NCBI GenBank assembly: GCA_026770705.1
Contig: JANJGN010000026.1
Coordinates: 23,188,001-23,252,000 of the forward strand
DNA: 64,000 bases
Direction of reading: 5' to 3'
Origin: Isurus oxyrinchus
Lineage: Eukaryota
Within the stretch, counting starts at the first letter, position 1; each line of letters opens with the position of its first letter. The notes under the pieces are model-generated. The model had not been told where the DNA came from, searched no databases, and saw only the letters and a list, made by a program, of their open reading frames with translations. Below, piece by piece: positions 24,020-38,460 of the stretch. Position numbers and translations under genes: made by a program.

Positions 24020-24640
24020 GGCGGACGGTCCTACCCACAATACACCACATATGTGGATGTGGCTCATCTCCACCAGAAGGGCCGCAGCGCGCAAGCGCCA
24101 GAAGCCCCCACCCACAGCCCGCCTGACTGCCCTGAGCATGCGCATTGCGGTTCCGGCTGAGCGGGGTCGTGCGCAGCCTCAGTGAAGCGTGTGCCGCTCC
24201 TGGGGCTGAATGAAAGCGGCTTGGAGGGAGGGGGTTTATTACAGACTTACGGAAGGTCAGAGACCTGAAACATTAACTCTCTCTGTGTATAGATGCTGCC
24301 GGAACTGCTGGATATTTCCAACAATTTCTCCATTTATTGCAGCGAACGCTGGGGATTGTCACTCGGCAGCCGGGAACAGGCGGCGGCGGGAGGGCGGAGA
24401 GGGTTCATTAACACCCGGTAAAGGTCGCAAACCCCGAATTAGAACCTGCAGGTCCCGCGTTTGCAGCTTCAGGGCTTTTCCCAGAAGTCAATGGCCGCCA
24501 TCTTGTTTCAGCGGGGTGCGGAGCGCATGCGCGGCAATGTTGGCGACGTAACGGAGTGGGCGGGACTTCAGGGTCCCAGTGATCAGGAGAGAAAATGGTT
24601 GATTCATTAATTTTAGTCGCACTCTGCACACAGGGGCTGA
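24020..24640. promoter_or_regulatory. CpG island promoter between divergent ZNF units B(-) and C(+)
   Basis: GAGCATGCGCA, GCGCATGCGC, GGCCGCCATCTTG and GGGCGGG motifs with high CpG density. Confidence 0.65.
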
Positions 24641-25222
24641 GGAACTAAACTCGGGCAGGAGTGGAAAAAGGGTGAAAACTGGGAGTGGAGGGTGGAAGTG
24701 ATGTGATGGGTTTGGATCTCGGCATGTTGAAGGGGAGCGTTTGTGGGAAGGGGATTGACAGCTTTGGGGCAAATGGAAAAGAAGAAATGTTCCATAGAAA
24801 TTAGAATAGTCCGTTCTGAATTTTTATGCTGTACCGACAATGATAACTTGTGTAAATACATTTTACAGGGTAATCAGAAGGGGAGGACTTAGAGACAGGA
24901 AAACTGAACCAAACATCACATCAACATCTGACAGAGTCACTCAATTCATCACGGTGTAAAAATCATCATCCTTTGAATGTGGAAGGAGAAATGTTTGTTT
25001 GTTCTGTGGGAGAGCATTTCAAACATCAGTGTGACTGGAAAAGCACCAAGACACACATATATTGGAGTGAGATTGTTCCAGTGCACTGACTGTGGAAATA
25101 GCTTTAACAGCCTGAAAAAACAACAGGCCATTCACAGCTGGGAGAAACTGTACACATGTTCTGTCTGTGGATGAGGTTTCAACTGATCATCCAAACTGGA
25201 GGGACACAAGAACCCCCAAACT

Positions 25223-26206
25223 ATGGAGAAACCTTGGAAATGCAGGGGCTGTGGGAAGGGATTCAGATCGCCATCCCAGCTGGAAACTCATCAACGCATT
25301 CACACTGGGGAGAAGCCATTCACCTGTCCTGTGTGTAGGAAGGGATTCAACCAATCATCTAATCTGCTGAGACACCAGCGAGTTCACAATGAGGAGAGAC
25401 CCTTCACCTGTTCCGTGTGCGGGAAGGGATTCACTCAGTCATTCAACCTGCTGACCCACCAGCGAATTCACACTGAGGAGAGACCATTCACCTGCTCCGT
25501 TTGTGGGAAGGGATTTACTCAGTCATTCAACCTGCTGACACATCAACGAATTCACACTGGGGAGAGGCCGTTCACCTGCTCCAAGTGCGGGAAAGGATTC
25601 ACTCGCTCATCCCACCTGCTGACACACCAGCAAATTCACACTGAGGAGAGACCATTCATCTGCCCTGTATGTGGGAAGGGATTCACTCAGACAACCTGCC
25701 TCATATCACACCAGCGAATTCACACCGAGGAGAGGCCATTCAGCTGCACTTCCTGTGGAAAGAGTTTCAAGCATTCTTCCACCCTCATTGCACACCAGAG
25801 AGTTCACACTGGTGAGAGGCCGTTTATCTGCTGTGTGTGTGGGAAGGGATTCACTCAGTCAGCCAGCCTCAAGTTACACCAGAGAATCCACTCTGAGGAG
25901 AGACCATTCAGTTGCAATTCCTGTGGAAAGAGGCTCAAATCTCAATCTAATCTCAGGGCACACCAGCGAGTTCACACTGAGGAGAGACCATTCACCTGCT
26001 CTGACTGTGGGAAGGGATTCAACCAGTCATCCAACCTGCTGAGACACCAGCGAGGTCACACTGAGGAGAAGCCATTCAGCTGCATTTCCAGTGGAAAGAG
26101 GTGCAGGAAGTTATCCATGTTCAGTGCACACCAAGTTCACACTGGAAGAGACCAATCACCTACTCAGTGTGTGGGAAGGGATTCACTCAGTAATGATATC
26201 TGCTGA
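25223..26206 (+). CDS. C2H2 zinc-finger protein, unit C (10 intact fingers plus degenerate tail)
   Basis: 327-aa ORF starting MEKPWKC with TGEKP/TEERP linkers. Conserved acceptor AG at 24867-24868. Confidence 0.88.
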   Translation: MEKPWKCRGCGKGFRSPSQLETHQRIHTGEKPFTCPVCRKGFNQSSNLLRHQRVHNEERPFTCSVCGKGFTQSFNLLTHQRIHTEERPFTCSVCGKGFTQSFNLLTHQRIHTGERPFTCSKCGKGFTRSSHLLTHQQIHTEERPFICPVCGKGFTQTTCLISHQRIHTEERPFSCTSCGKSFKHSSTLIAHQRVHTGERPFICCVCGKGFTQSASLKLHQRIHSEERPFSCNSCGKRLKSQSNLRAHQRVHTEERPFTCSDCGKGFNQSSNLLRHQRGHTEEKPFSCISSGKRCRKLSMFSAHQVHTGRDQSPTQCVGRDSLSNDIC

Positions 26207-26369
26207 GACAGCAGCAAATTTATAAGTGACTGCAGGGGTTGTATTCTGCTGTTATTGCTGCTGTTAATCACATCCAGGACTGATAGTCTGACAATATTTG
26301 ATTTATTTCTGCTATTGTTAACGATCCCTATAACTGGCTGGAGTTTAATATTCTGAAGAAGACAGGAAG

Positions 26370-27010
26370 ATGGTGAGCAAATAAATATTAGATCAGCCAA
26401 CTTCAGGCAATCAAAACTGTTGATGATAACAGAAGTCTCCATGCAATGTATGATGGGATTAAGAGGGCGCTTGGTCCGACCATCACCAATGTTGCCCCCC
26501 TGAAGTTTGCAGATGGTGAAGTACTCTCTGACAGAAGTAAACAGATGTCACACTGCTGTACTCCCATGGGATGGACATCTCCCAGTCTTGTTTCATGCTC
26601 TCCTGCAGCTTTCTGCCATGGCTGAGTTTAATGAGGAACCCTCATCATTTCAGCTCAAAGTCCATTGATTGCTTAGCAAGCAGAAAGGCACCCGGCAAGG
26701 ATGGATTTCCAGCTGTGCTGCTCAAACCTGGAAAGTCCCATATACTGCCACAACCTCATGCCCTTCTCTGTTAGGAGGTGGGATCTGTTTCACAGGAGAT
26801 GCGTGACACAACAATCATCACAATAAACAAAAACAAAGGTGACAGAGGAGATTGAAACAACTACGGGGACATCTCACTTCCCAGTGTCACTGGGATCATG
26901 CTTAAAAGACTTCAGAATCTTGTGTCCAGAAGCACAGTGTGGTTTCTGTGCTGGCAGATCTACAGTGGACATGATCTTTTCCATACGTCAGCTACAAGAG
27001 AAGTGTATGA
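26370..27010 (+). mobile_element. RTE (BovB-like) LINE fragment
   Basis: KAPGKDG and PEAQCGFCAGRSTVDMIFSIRQLQEKC. Confidence 0.8.
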
Positions 27011-27173
27011 TAGGTATTTAATCTAAAATGCTGCCAGCTTCTGTGCTGTGAAAAGTGAAACATTTTAACTACTGAGTGAAAATAAATCTTTTAACTATGA
27101 ATTACAATGTATTTGTACAATTGTAAACAGTACTGGAAGGTTTGATTCCCTGAAGAAAAGCTTCAGTCTTGAG

Positions 27174-28197
27174 TTTATGATCCTATCTCAGAAACTGTGG
27201 GAAGCTCCACCCTCTTTATCTCTTTTGGGTTTGTTATGAAAGTCAGACTTACCTTGGAGTTGGGAGCTGGGGCCAGGAACTCCAAGTCCCAACAGGCCTC
27301 AGAGTGTCCGCACATGTGCAGGCTGGGAGTGCGCTGCACATGCGCAGTTTGGCATTTTGAGTTCTTTGGGCCAAGGACCGGCCCAGTGCACCTGTGCATA
27401 AAGGAGTAAGGTGCGAAAACCCATGTCATGTGAATGGGAGTGGAGACCATTGATGACAAGTGCCCTGGCAGGGGAGAGGGAGAGGTCCCAGTTAAGATAG
27501 AAAGAGAAGAGCAGAGAAAGAGGCCCCAAATAGGAAAAGGGCTGAAGTTAGGAGACATTAATGAAGAGTGCTCAGGAGAAGCCCTGAATATCCAAGAAGA
27601 CAGTAGAAGGTTGGTGACTCTTTGCTGCTGGCCTTGGAGCAGTAGTGTTCTCTCATCACAGCCAAAGAGCTGTAGTGCTTATGAGTTGGTGCTTGAGTGA
27701 GGACTCTGGAATCCAAGGGAACAGAATCTTGGGACATGAGATTGAAACCATGAGAGGTTGCCATTGATGCTGTCCGAGTTGGAGTGACTTGTGGAGAGAA
27801 TTCCATAATGGGATCTTTGAAGACAAAGGCAGCAGTGAGAGAGACAGAATTTCAATGAGATTGGTTGACTTAACAGTGCTTACTGACATCTGGATGCATA
27901 TTGAGAAATTGGTGGACTCTGTTTTGGTCACATTTTCCATTTATTATGTAGGGTGGTGTGTTTGACCACCATTTGCCTGTTAATTCGCATGTACCTCATA
28001 TTAACTCTGACTGTTAAAGTACAAAATAGGTTGTTCTGAAAGTGTATTTTTGTGTGTTCAAAACCCATGGAATCTTATGGATTTATTCTCTGACAACTGT
28101 CTTGAATATCAAACCTTGTCCACTTTAAACAAAACATTATTTCTCTCTAACTGGATCTTGCCAACAACTTGGGTTTCTGGTGTGTAGGATCATAACA
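27174..28197 (+). mobile_element. Solo LTR-like element
   Basis: Inverted termini ttatgatcct..aggatcataaca, about 1 kb, non-coding. Confidence 0.5.
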
Positions 28198-30379
28198 GAT
28201 CTAAGAAGGTTGAAGCTTCTCCTTTTCTGTGAATGCTAACTTTTTAGTTTTATTTTTCTTTAGTTTCGTTACCATTTGAAAAGGTGTCTGAAGAAAGAGC
28301 AAAATAAAAACAAAAACAAAGCTGAATAGAAAAGCAAATTAATTGGAAAAGCGAAGCTCAAAATGTGTTTGATTCATCTTTGATCTGAAAATGAAGTTAC
28401 GTAAAGTTGACAAAATTGCATGCATTTATGACTGTTTTTTCCACCATTTGCAAACAATCAGAGAAGTTACCCCTTTCCACTGACAGCATCGTGACAATTT
28501 GAACTAAAGACTTTGCCTTTTAAAGGGTTGGCTTATTCCCATTTGTATCTCTCAAGACAAAGTGTTTGAGAACAGGAGAAATGAGAGTTATCTCCAACCT
28601 GATTGCAAATGCTTCTGTGTCTGACGTAAAAACATCATATTATGTGAATGTTACATTGGATGGTAACATTCCTCCACTACTCCTGAATGAGATGGAATGG
28701 TAATTAATGGGATGCTGCACTTAGAAGAAAAGAGAAAAAACACAACACCAAATGGGAATTGGAATGACTCACTCTGAGTACAGTTCAATAGAAAAGATCA
28801 ACCTGGTATTGTCACGACTCACTGGGGATAGTTCGCTGTAATAGCAAGCCCCACTGGTCCCTGAGCTGAGACAAATGTGAGAAGTTTGATTAGACCACCA
28901 AATTGCCCCAATTTTACCGAACTGTAATTTAATTTAGAGTAACAGAATACGAGCAGCAAGTTTGTAAAATTAACAACTGTTTATTAAACAAATTATATGT
29001 AACCAGTGGCAATAGGAAGAAAAATGAACTGCTTTTAACTCTATAACTTAAACTCAACCCCTTCTTAACCCCTATATACACACACACATACACATACAAG
29101 ACATACAAAACATGGGCTTTAAGGGTGAGGTAAAAACAGTTCAATGGCACCAATCTGGAGTATGGAATTAGATGGATTGATTTTGATTGATGTCTTCCGA
29201 AATTCCTTGCAGTTCATTGTTAATGACACAAGATGGTCTTCCATCACTTTCTGTCTGTCGTTCACTGGTTGAAAACTTGCTTTTCAATGTCTCTACTGGT
29301 GATTTTCTTCCTTTCCCTTTGGCTCAGTGTTTTCAAAGAAATCAGGTCACAGAGACATGAAGAAAAGCCAGTTCTCTGTTATGGCAGAATTACTGAAATC
29401 TTTCAAATACAGGAGAGGTTTCAGGTGTGTCCTCTTTGCAGGATAGGAGCTGTTCTGTCTGCTCACTGTGTTTTCACACAAAACCTTGATCACCTGATCA
29501 GGTGCCAATTAAAACATTGTTGCTCGGCAGTTCCTCTTTCCAACCACATGCCGTCCAGCCTGGCACTCTGTTCCTGGGAATCGCAACATTGTATATTTTA
29601 CATTCTGCAGCCCTGGTAGTTTTAAAGCCACAATCCGAGAAAATAAATGATATGTTATTTACAACAGTCCAACAGAAAATATAAAGATATATTCCTTCCG
29701 GTATCCATGTCCACTCTAGTGAAAGTCAGGAAATTGCAGAATCAATCTTCAATATTTCACAGGGACATCATTCAGATGGGACATGTCCAATGGGACCTTT
29801 CATTTCACAGGGCTAGTGACGAACATCCTGGTGCATTCTCAGCCATCAATAGCAATTATGAACATGTGAAGGGCTGGAATGAGAAACACTCCCCCAATTT
29901 GATCCCTAAACAAAAATAACTATTTTTGCAGGCATCGAAGTCAAATTAGAGCTATCCTTGTGATAGAAAACCTCATCATGTAGGACGAGTCAATCCTTTT
30001 TGCTGTGAGGGATGAGGGGAATTCTTCCCTGCGTTGTACGACCTCTTTGACCTGAGTCACATCAGGGTCCTGAAAATTTTTAAAATCAGTTTTAACTGGA
30101 GTCTGTCATACAGGTGCCAATGATTGTGAATATTCAGCATTGGGGATACAGAGAGAAAGCGAAGAACCAGTGACTGTGGGATTGAACTCAGCCAGAATCA
30201 GCAGCACCTTCAGGAAAGGGGAGAGGAGAAACAGTGGGAAAATCTTTAACATTTCCGTGTATTTCCAGAGGAGAGCAGCAGTTTAAATCAATTCGAAAAA
30301 TGGAGCATGGAGATTTGTGTGTACTTTCTTTTAATCTATCTCTATTTGATAGCATTTTTTTCTGGTTCCTACTTGGAGC

Positions 30380-30850
30380 AGCAATGGCGCTGCCCTTACC
30401 CAACATTCCCTGCGGATGCGAACGTGCCCTATTCCCTCTATAGGGGCCTATGGCGCAGCCGCAGTCCTGGACAATATCTGGAACATGCGCAGTATCAGTT
30501 TGATGAGAACTCTGCCAGTGCTGGAGACGCTTTTTGCCATGGATGAGAGTCAGGACGGAAGAAGGGAGCCGGGAATTGGATGGAGGAATGGGGAGGAAGA
30601 GGAAACTTTATACATAACTGATGTCGGCCCCAAATCCTGAATGTGACCTTGCAAGTCTCGCGTTTGCAGCAACGGGGTTTATTACCGGGAACAGTCCCAG
30701 GTTAACCGTCAACATGTTGGCTCTGCAGGTAGGAGTGCACATGCGCTAAAATTTTAGTGACGCAACAGAGCCGTCTTCAGGGTCCCGGTGACCAAGAGAG
30801 AAAATCACTGACTCATTGATTTCATTCTCATTCTGCACACAGGAGCTGGT
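30380..30850 (+). promoter_or_regulatory. Promoter module of ZNF unit D
   Basis: CATGCGCA motifs and the shared cgcgtttgcagc..ttcagggtccc..gagaaaat..ctgcacacagg block. Confidence 0.55.
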
Positions 30851-30934
30851 GACAGGCTTGGGTTAATGGCCGTCAACTTTAGAGGGGCAAGATGTTACAG
30901 GGAGCCTGCATTATCGCCTGAAGAATATGAGAAC

Positions 30935-31440
30935 AAGAGCAGCAGAATAAGCAGTAAGCATTTGGCCCATCAAGCTTTCTCCATTCAATAAGATCATGGC
31001 TGATCTGATTGTGACCTCAACTCCACATTCCTGCCACCAACCCCCTTCCTCCCATAACATTTGATCCCCTTGTGGATCTAAACTTTCTTTAACACAGCCT
31101 TGAATATATCCAATGACCCAGTCTCCACTTCTCACTGGGGAAGAGAATCCCAAAGACATACAACCCTCTGAGAGAATAAATTTCTCTTCACCTCACTTTT
31201 ACATGGGAGATGCCTTGTTTTTAAACCGTGTTCTCTAGTTCCAGATTCCTCCTTGAGGGAAAACATCCTCTCAGCATCTACCATGTCAAGCACCCTCAGA
31301 ATCTTACATGTTTCAATGAGATCACCCCTCGTTCTTTTAAACTCCTATAAGTATAGATCCAACCTGCTCAACCTTTCCCCAGGAATCAGCCAAATGAATA
31401 TTCTCTGAACTGCTTTCATTGCAAATGTGTCCCTGCTTAA
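30935..31440 (-). mobile_element. CR1 3' fragment
   Basis: Reverse-complement CR1 3'UTR (ccattcaataagatcatggctgatctg) and RT C-terminus. Confidence 0.75.
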
Positions 31441-32199
31441 GTAATCCTGGGTCAGGAGCAGGAGGAGAGACATTGTGAATTTCTATCCTGGATGGATAGG
31501 GATGGATTTTGGAAACTCCTTTTACAGGGGGTTAGAAGGGGAGGGTTTACACACAGCAAATTCAAACCAAGTGAAATGTTTGTCTTTCTGAATTTCTAAC
31601 CTCAACTGAGACTTATGACTTTTGTAATCTCCTTTTACAAGGAGTTAGGAGATTGTGAGATTTTTCTCTGACTCCAGTGCTTCTGATATATTTTCAACTG
31701 CAGGCTCCAACAGGTTCAGAAGTGACTATTATTGAACATTCATGTACATTTTAGAGCTTTTAGTGCTGTGCTGTGGTTCCATGGCTCTGGGACTGGTGTG
31801 GGTCCTTTACTGTGAATCTGAATCCATGTCCATCAATTGCTCTGCTTCACCTCTACCCTCCCTGATCACCTCTCTGTCATTGTCTAACTTCCTCTCTCTC
31901 CAATAGTGGGCTTATTTTAACCATTTGGTAATTTACTGTTATTTCTACCAAATCAGGTTTCCACTGGTGCCCATCCCCCAGTTTTGTTTAATTCATTCAT
32001 GGGCTGTGGACATCGCTGGCTAGGCTAGCATTTATTTCCCATCCCTAATTGCCCTTTGAAGGTGGGGGTGAGCTTCCTCCATGAACCATTGCAGTCCATC
32101 TGGTGTAGGGATTTGAAAACAGGAAAGTGAATTTTCAAATTTTGGTGCTTAAACAGGAACCTTTGTATGTCAGTGAGCCCAGGCATGATGGGTGAACAA

Positions 32200-32625
32200 T
32201 ACTTGGTGTGAGTAAGGATATGAGCAGCAATGATTTACATGACCTCAAGGTTACAAGGAAGCAAAATGTGGGAAGCTGGCCAAGAGTGCCATAGAATAGT
32301 TAAGTCTAGAAGTAATAAAGGAATAGATGAGTGTTTCAGAAGCAGATGAGCAGAGACAAGGACAGAGTCAGGTGATGTTACTGAGATGAAAGTGGACGGT
32401 CTTGGTGTTTACGCAGATACGTGGTCAGAACTCTGTTTGGAGAAACATGACACTGAGATTGTAAAAAGCATCGTTCAGCCTCAGACAGTTGCCGAGGAGA
32501 GGGATGGAGTTGGTGGCTAGAGAGTGGAGTTTGTAGCGGGGAATGAAGACAATGGTTTTCATCTTTCCAGTATTTAATTGGAGGAAATTTCTGTTCACCC
32601 AGAACTGGATGTCAGACAAGTCAGG
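32200..32625 (-). mobile_element. L2-like LINE fragment
   Basis: SDIQFWVNRNFLQLNTGK. An inverted homolog lies at 36520-36750. Confidence 0.65.
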
Positions 32626-33103
32626 ATGGTGTGTGACTTGGAGAGGAACTTGGAGGCAATGGTGTTTGCTTACACCTGCTACCCTGGTCCTTTAGCTGAT
32701 GGAGGATCAGAGTTTTGGAAATTCTGCCAAAGTTCTGGCTGAGTTGTAGATATATAATATCCCTCTCCTTCGCTCCTGCCTCTTCCATGTATCTCTCTCC
32801 TCCCATAGAGGGCAGTGTCTTGTGTAGGTCCAGGCTGGGTAGCAGGTTCCCTTCAATGAAGGACATCAGTGACCATCTGGCAGCTTTCACTTTTTCCTAG
32901 TCTCAGACCATGAATTATCAGATTCATTCAGTGTTGTTTCACAACCTGCTTTACTTTCACAATCCTTTTTTTCTATTTTAAATCAATTTCACAGGGTATT
33001 AGAAGCGGAGGATCTGAATTTGGGAAACTCAAACCAAACATCACATCAGGATCTGACAGAGTCACCCAATTTATTGTAACCTGAATATCATCAGATTCTG
33101 AAC

Positions 33104-33889
<786 letters not shown>

Positions 33890-34271
33890 GTTCTGGAAAA
33901 TGTTCCATGGAAACTAGAATTTTCTGTTCTAAATTTCTATCCTGGAGTGACAGAGATGACTTTTGTAAACTGCTTTTACAGAATACGCGAAGGAAGGATT
34001 TGCAGATGTGAAATTCAAACCAAATGTCATATCACAGTCTGGCTGACTCACTTGATTCATCAGGACCTGAATACCATCAGCCTTTGAATATGGAAGGAGA
34101 AATGTTTGCTGTTCTGTCTCTGGGAAAAGATTTCAAACATCAGTGTGACAGGAAAAGCACCGACACACACCCACATTCTTGGGGTTGCATTCTGCTGTTA
34201 ATCACACCCAAAGTGTTCCAGTGAACTGACTGTGGAAAGACCAGTTACACAGCCTGAAAAAGTATCACAAC

Positions 34272-36235
34272 ATGGAGAGAACTGTGGAAATGTGGAGACT
34301 GTGGTAAAGGATTTAGTTATCCAACCCTGCTGGAAAACCATTGGCACAGTCACACTGGGGGGAAGCCATTCATCTGTTCCATGTGTGGGAAGGGATTTAT
34401 GAAGTCATCCTGCCTCATATTACACCAGCCAATTCACATTGATGAGATGCTGTTCAGCTACACATACTGTGGAAAGATGTTCAGGCAGTCATCCATCTTG
34501 CTGACACACCAGCGAATTCACACTGGGGACAGGCCATTCACCTGCTCCAAGTGTGGGAAGGGATTCACTCAGTTATCCACCCGGCTGTCACACCAGCGAC
34601 TTCACACTGGGGAGAAGCCGTTCAGCTGCACTTGCTGTGTAATGAGGTTCAAGTGTTCAGCCAACCTCAATTCACATAAGCGAATTCATACTGGGGAGAG
34701 GCTGTTCACTTGTTCTGTGTGTGGGAAGGAATTCTCTAATTCATCCAACCTTCTAAAACACCAGCGAATTCATACTGAGGAGAAGCCATTCAGCTGCACT
34801 TCATGTGGGAAGAATTTCAGGCTGTCATCTGCCCTCACTGCTCACCAATGCAAACACACTGGGGAGAGATCACTCATCTACTCTGTGTATGGCAAGGGAT
34901 TCACTCAGTCCATAAGACCATAAGACCGAGGAGCAGAAATTAGGCCATTCAGCCCATCGAGTCTGCTCCACCATTCAATCATGGCTTTTAAGTTTCTCAA
35001 TCCCATTCTCCTGCCTTCTCCCCATAACCTTTGATCCCCTTACCAATCAAGAACCTATCTATCTTGGCCTTAATTACACTCAATGACCTGGCCTCCACAT
35101 CCTTCTGTGGCAATGATTTTCATAGATTCACCACTCTCTGGCTAAAGAAGTTTCTCCTCATCTCTGTTCTAAAAGGTCTTTCCTTTAATCTGAGGTTGTG
35201 CCCTTGGGTCCTAGTCTCTCCTAGTAATGGAAACATCTTCCCCATGTCCACTCTATCCAGGTCTTTCAGTATTCTGTAAGTTTCAATCAGATTCCCCCCT
35301 CATCCTTCTAAACTCCATCGAGTATAGACCCACAGACCTCAAATGTTCCTCATATGTTAAGCCTTTCATTCCTGGGATCATTCTCGTGAACTTCCTCTGG
35401 ACTCTCTCCAGGGCCAGCACATCCTTCCTGAGATACGGGGCACAAAATTGCTCACAATATTCTAAATGTAGTCTGACCAGAGCCTTATAAAGCCTCAGCA
35501 GCACATCCCTGCTTTTATATTCTAGTCCTCTCGAAATAAATGCCAACATTGCATTTGCCTTCCTAACTACTGACTCAACCTGAAAATTAACCTTAAGAGA
35601 ATCCTGGACTAGGACTCCCAAGTCCTTTTGCACTCCAGATTTCTGAATTCTCTCCCCATTTAGAAAATAGTCTATGCCTCTATTCTTCCTACCAAAGTGC
35701 ATGACCTCACAATTCCCCATGTTGTATTCTATCTGCCACTTCTTTGCCCATTCTCCTAACCTGTCTAGATCCTTCTGCAGCCTCCCCACCTCCTCAATAC
35801 CACCTGTCCCTCCGCCTATCTTTGTATCATCTGCAAACTTAGCCAGAATGCCCTCAGTTCCTTCATCTAGATCATTAATGTATAAAATGAAAAGTTGTGG
35901 TCCCAACACTGACCCTTGCAGAACTCCACTGGTCACTGGCTGCCATTCTGAGAAGGACCCCTTTATCCCCACTCTCTGCCTCCTGCCAGACAACCAATCT
36001 TCTATCTATGCTATCTTGCCTCTAACACCATGGGCTCTTATCTGTTAAATGAGCGCACTCACAATCATTAGAAGCCATTCACCTGCTGTGTGTGTGGGAA
36101 GGGATTCACTCAGTCTGGCAGCCTGCATTTACATGAACGCACTCACACTGGGGAGAAGTTATTCACCTGCTCCACGTGTGGGAAGGGATTCATTCAGTCA
36201 CAGTACTTGCTAACACATCAGCGAGTTTATGAGTA
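34272..36235 (+). pseudogene. C2H2 zinc-finger unit E, interrupted by a CR1 insertion
   Basis: ORF 34381-34923 runs into the CR1 tail. Fingers resume at ~36048 and end at TAA ~36234. Confidence 0.85.
34911..36045 (-). mobile_element. CR1 LINE 3' part (RT)
   Basis: ORF 35283-35993(-) has QGSVLGP, KFADDTK and LYKALVRLHLEYC, followed by a (tcttatgg)n tail. Confidence 0.93.
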
Positions 36236-37379
36236 ATTCTTGGGGTTGGATTCTGCTGTTAATCACACCCAGAAATGATAGTCTGACATTATGAGGTTTG
36301 TTTCTGCTGTTAGTAACAACCCCTATAACTGGCTGGAGTTTAATATTCTGGAGATGTCACTGATCTTTGAGACTTCAGTGACCCTTTTTAAAAACACCAT
36401 CTGTGATCTTTCCCCTTAATTCAAGAACTCTCAACAGGAACTTATTTACAATCAAATTATGAACTTTTACTGGCCATTGCAAAATCTAAAATTCACTATT
36501 TGACAGGTTCCACTGATTAGCACCAAGATGAGCTTTAATCACAGATCAGTGTTATCACCAAGACTGCCTATTTCCAACTCAGTAACATCGCCTGACTCCA
36601 CCCTAGTCTCAGCTCATCTGCTGCTGAAATTCTCATCCATTCCTTTGTTACCTATAGACTAAACTCCCCTAACACGCTCCCAGCTGGCATCCTACATTCA
36701 ATCTTCTTGTAATCTTGAGGACACTCAAAAGTCTGCTGTCCATGTGCCAACGCACACTCGGCAGGTCAGGCAATACCTGTGGAGAGAGAAACAGAGTTAA
36801 CATTTCAGTGTGTTAATGAATAAAAATGGTGCAGAATTTGATGGTCAACATAAGCTCAGAAATGGAAGAGAAATGGACTATAGAATAGGGATAACAATTC
36901 CTGACTGAAAGATAAAACTGATAAGCTGGCAGCACATGGTTGAGGGATGGGCGGCCATGGAAAATGCATTTTTACATGATCAGTAAAAGTAACAGTAAAA
37001 TACTAAACAAAACTAAAATGCACCCATTAGTTTGACAATAGCAGAGAGGTGATCAGTGAGGGCAGAGGTGAAAAAGAGCAATGGATGGACATGGATTCAG
37101 ATCCACAGTGAAGGTGTCACACCAGCCCTAAGCCATGGAATCTCTCACTGATAACAGAGCATAGCACCAAAAGCTCTAAATTGTAGATGCATGTTCAATA
37201 TTACTCCCCTCTGTAACAAATCCACTGTGTTCAATCTTAAAATCTCCTGCCGCTGGAAATATATCAGAAGCACTGGAGTCAGAGAAAAATCTCCCAGTTG
37301 AGGAAATACCCGGGGAGCAGGGTGATGTCACTGAGCAATTGTCAGTGTGATGACATCACAGACACGAACACAGAACATC

Positions 37380-38115
37380 TGGGTCTGTGCAAACCAGTGG
37401 TCACCACACATTATGAAGGATGTGAAGTTCCTTGAGAGGGTGCAGAGGAGATTTACCAGAATGATTCCAGGGATGAGGGGCTTCAGTTGAAATGTTAGGT
37501 TGGAGAAACTGGGGTTGTTCTCCATGACGCAAAGGAGGTTGAGGAGAGAGTTGATAGAGGTGTACAAGATATACACCTTATAAGACGTTTAGATAAGGTA
37601 GGTAAAGAAAAATTGTTCCCATTATCTGATTGTAAAAGGATTATGAACATAAATTGAAGATTTTAAGCAAGAGATACAGGGGGAATGAGAGTAGGAACTT
37701 ATTTTACACAGTGAATGGTAATGATCTGGAACTTGGTGCTTAAACTCAAAGGCCGATGATATTCAGGTTCTGATTAATCAAGACTTAATGTTATGTTTGG
37801 TTTGAGATTTTTGTCTCAAAACCCTCTTCTTAACAACTGTAAAAGGAGTTTCCAAAATCCATCCATGTCAGTCCGAGATAGAAATTGACAACATTGGTAT
37901 ACAAAATAATAAGGGGCATCGATAGGGTAGATAGGAAGAAACTTCTCCCTTTAGCGGAGGTGTCAATAACCAGAGGGCGTAGATTTAAGGTAAGGGGCAG
38001 GAGGCTGAGAGGGGATTTGACAAAAAAATTCTACCCAGAGGGTAGTTGGAATCTGGACCAGGCTGCCTGATGGCCGGCACGGACACGATGGGCCGAAGGG
38101 GCTGTTTCTGTGCCA
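37380..38115 (+). mobile_element. CR1 fragments flanking a minus-strand ZNF acceptor relic (37740-37890)
   Basis: ERVQRRFTRMIPG-like and YKIIRGIDRVD sequences. A reverse-complement acceptor module lies between them. Confidence 0.7.
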
Positions 38116-38139
38116 GTTTCACTCTGTCTCTGTCATTCC

Positions 38140-38460
38140 TGCTGACAGGGAGTGGTGACCGCGCATGCGCACCCCCATGACGCTGGCGGCCGTTAACCCG
38201 GGCCTTTCACCGAGAAAGATACCGCTCCGTTAATGCAACCAAAGTACCTGAAGCTTCTTGTTTATGGCGTTGAGGCCTCCACTGGGTGTTTGTGAAGCCT
38301 CCCCTCCCACCCACTGCCCCTAACGCTGCCTCCGCTTCTCCGCCTCCTTCCCGCCTGAAGATGAGACAAACAAGCGTCTCTGTCTGTTCATGAACATCAC
38401 CCGCACTGCGCATGCTCCAGATCACAATACCCGGCGAGTGATTGATTGACGGAGGCTTCG
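38140..38460. promoter_or_regulatory. CpG-rich promoter-like segment
   Basis: GCGCATGCGCA (38161), TGCGCATGCTC and a TGATTGATTG tract. Confidence 0.5.

Noticed and set aside
25184-26356. Selenocysteine recoding of the conserved upstream UGA
   Set aside because: The UGA is not at a Cys position, upstream frames are broken by indels, and no convincing SECIS is visible in the shared 3'UTR.
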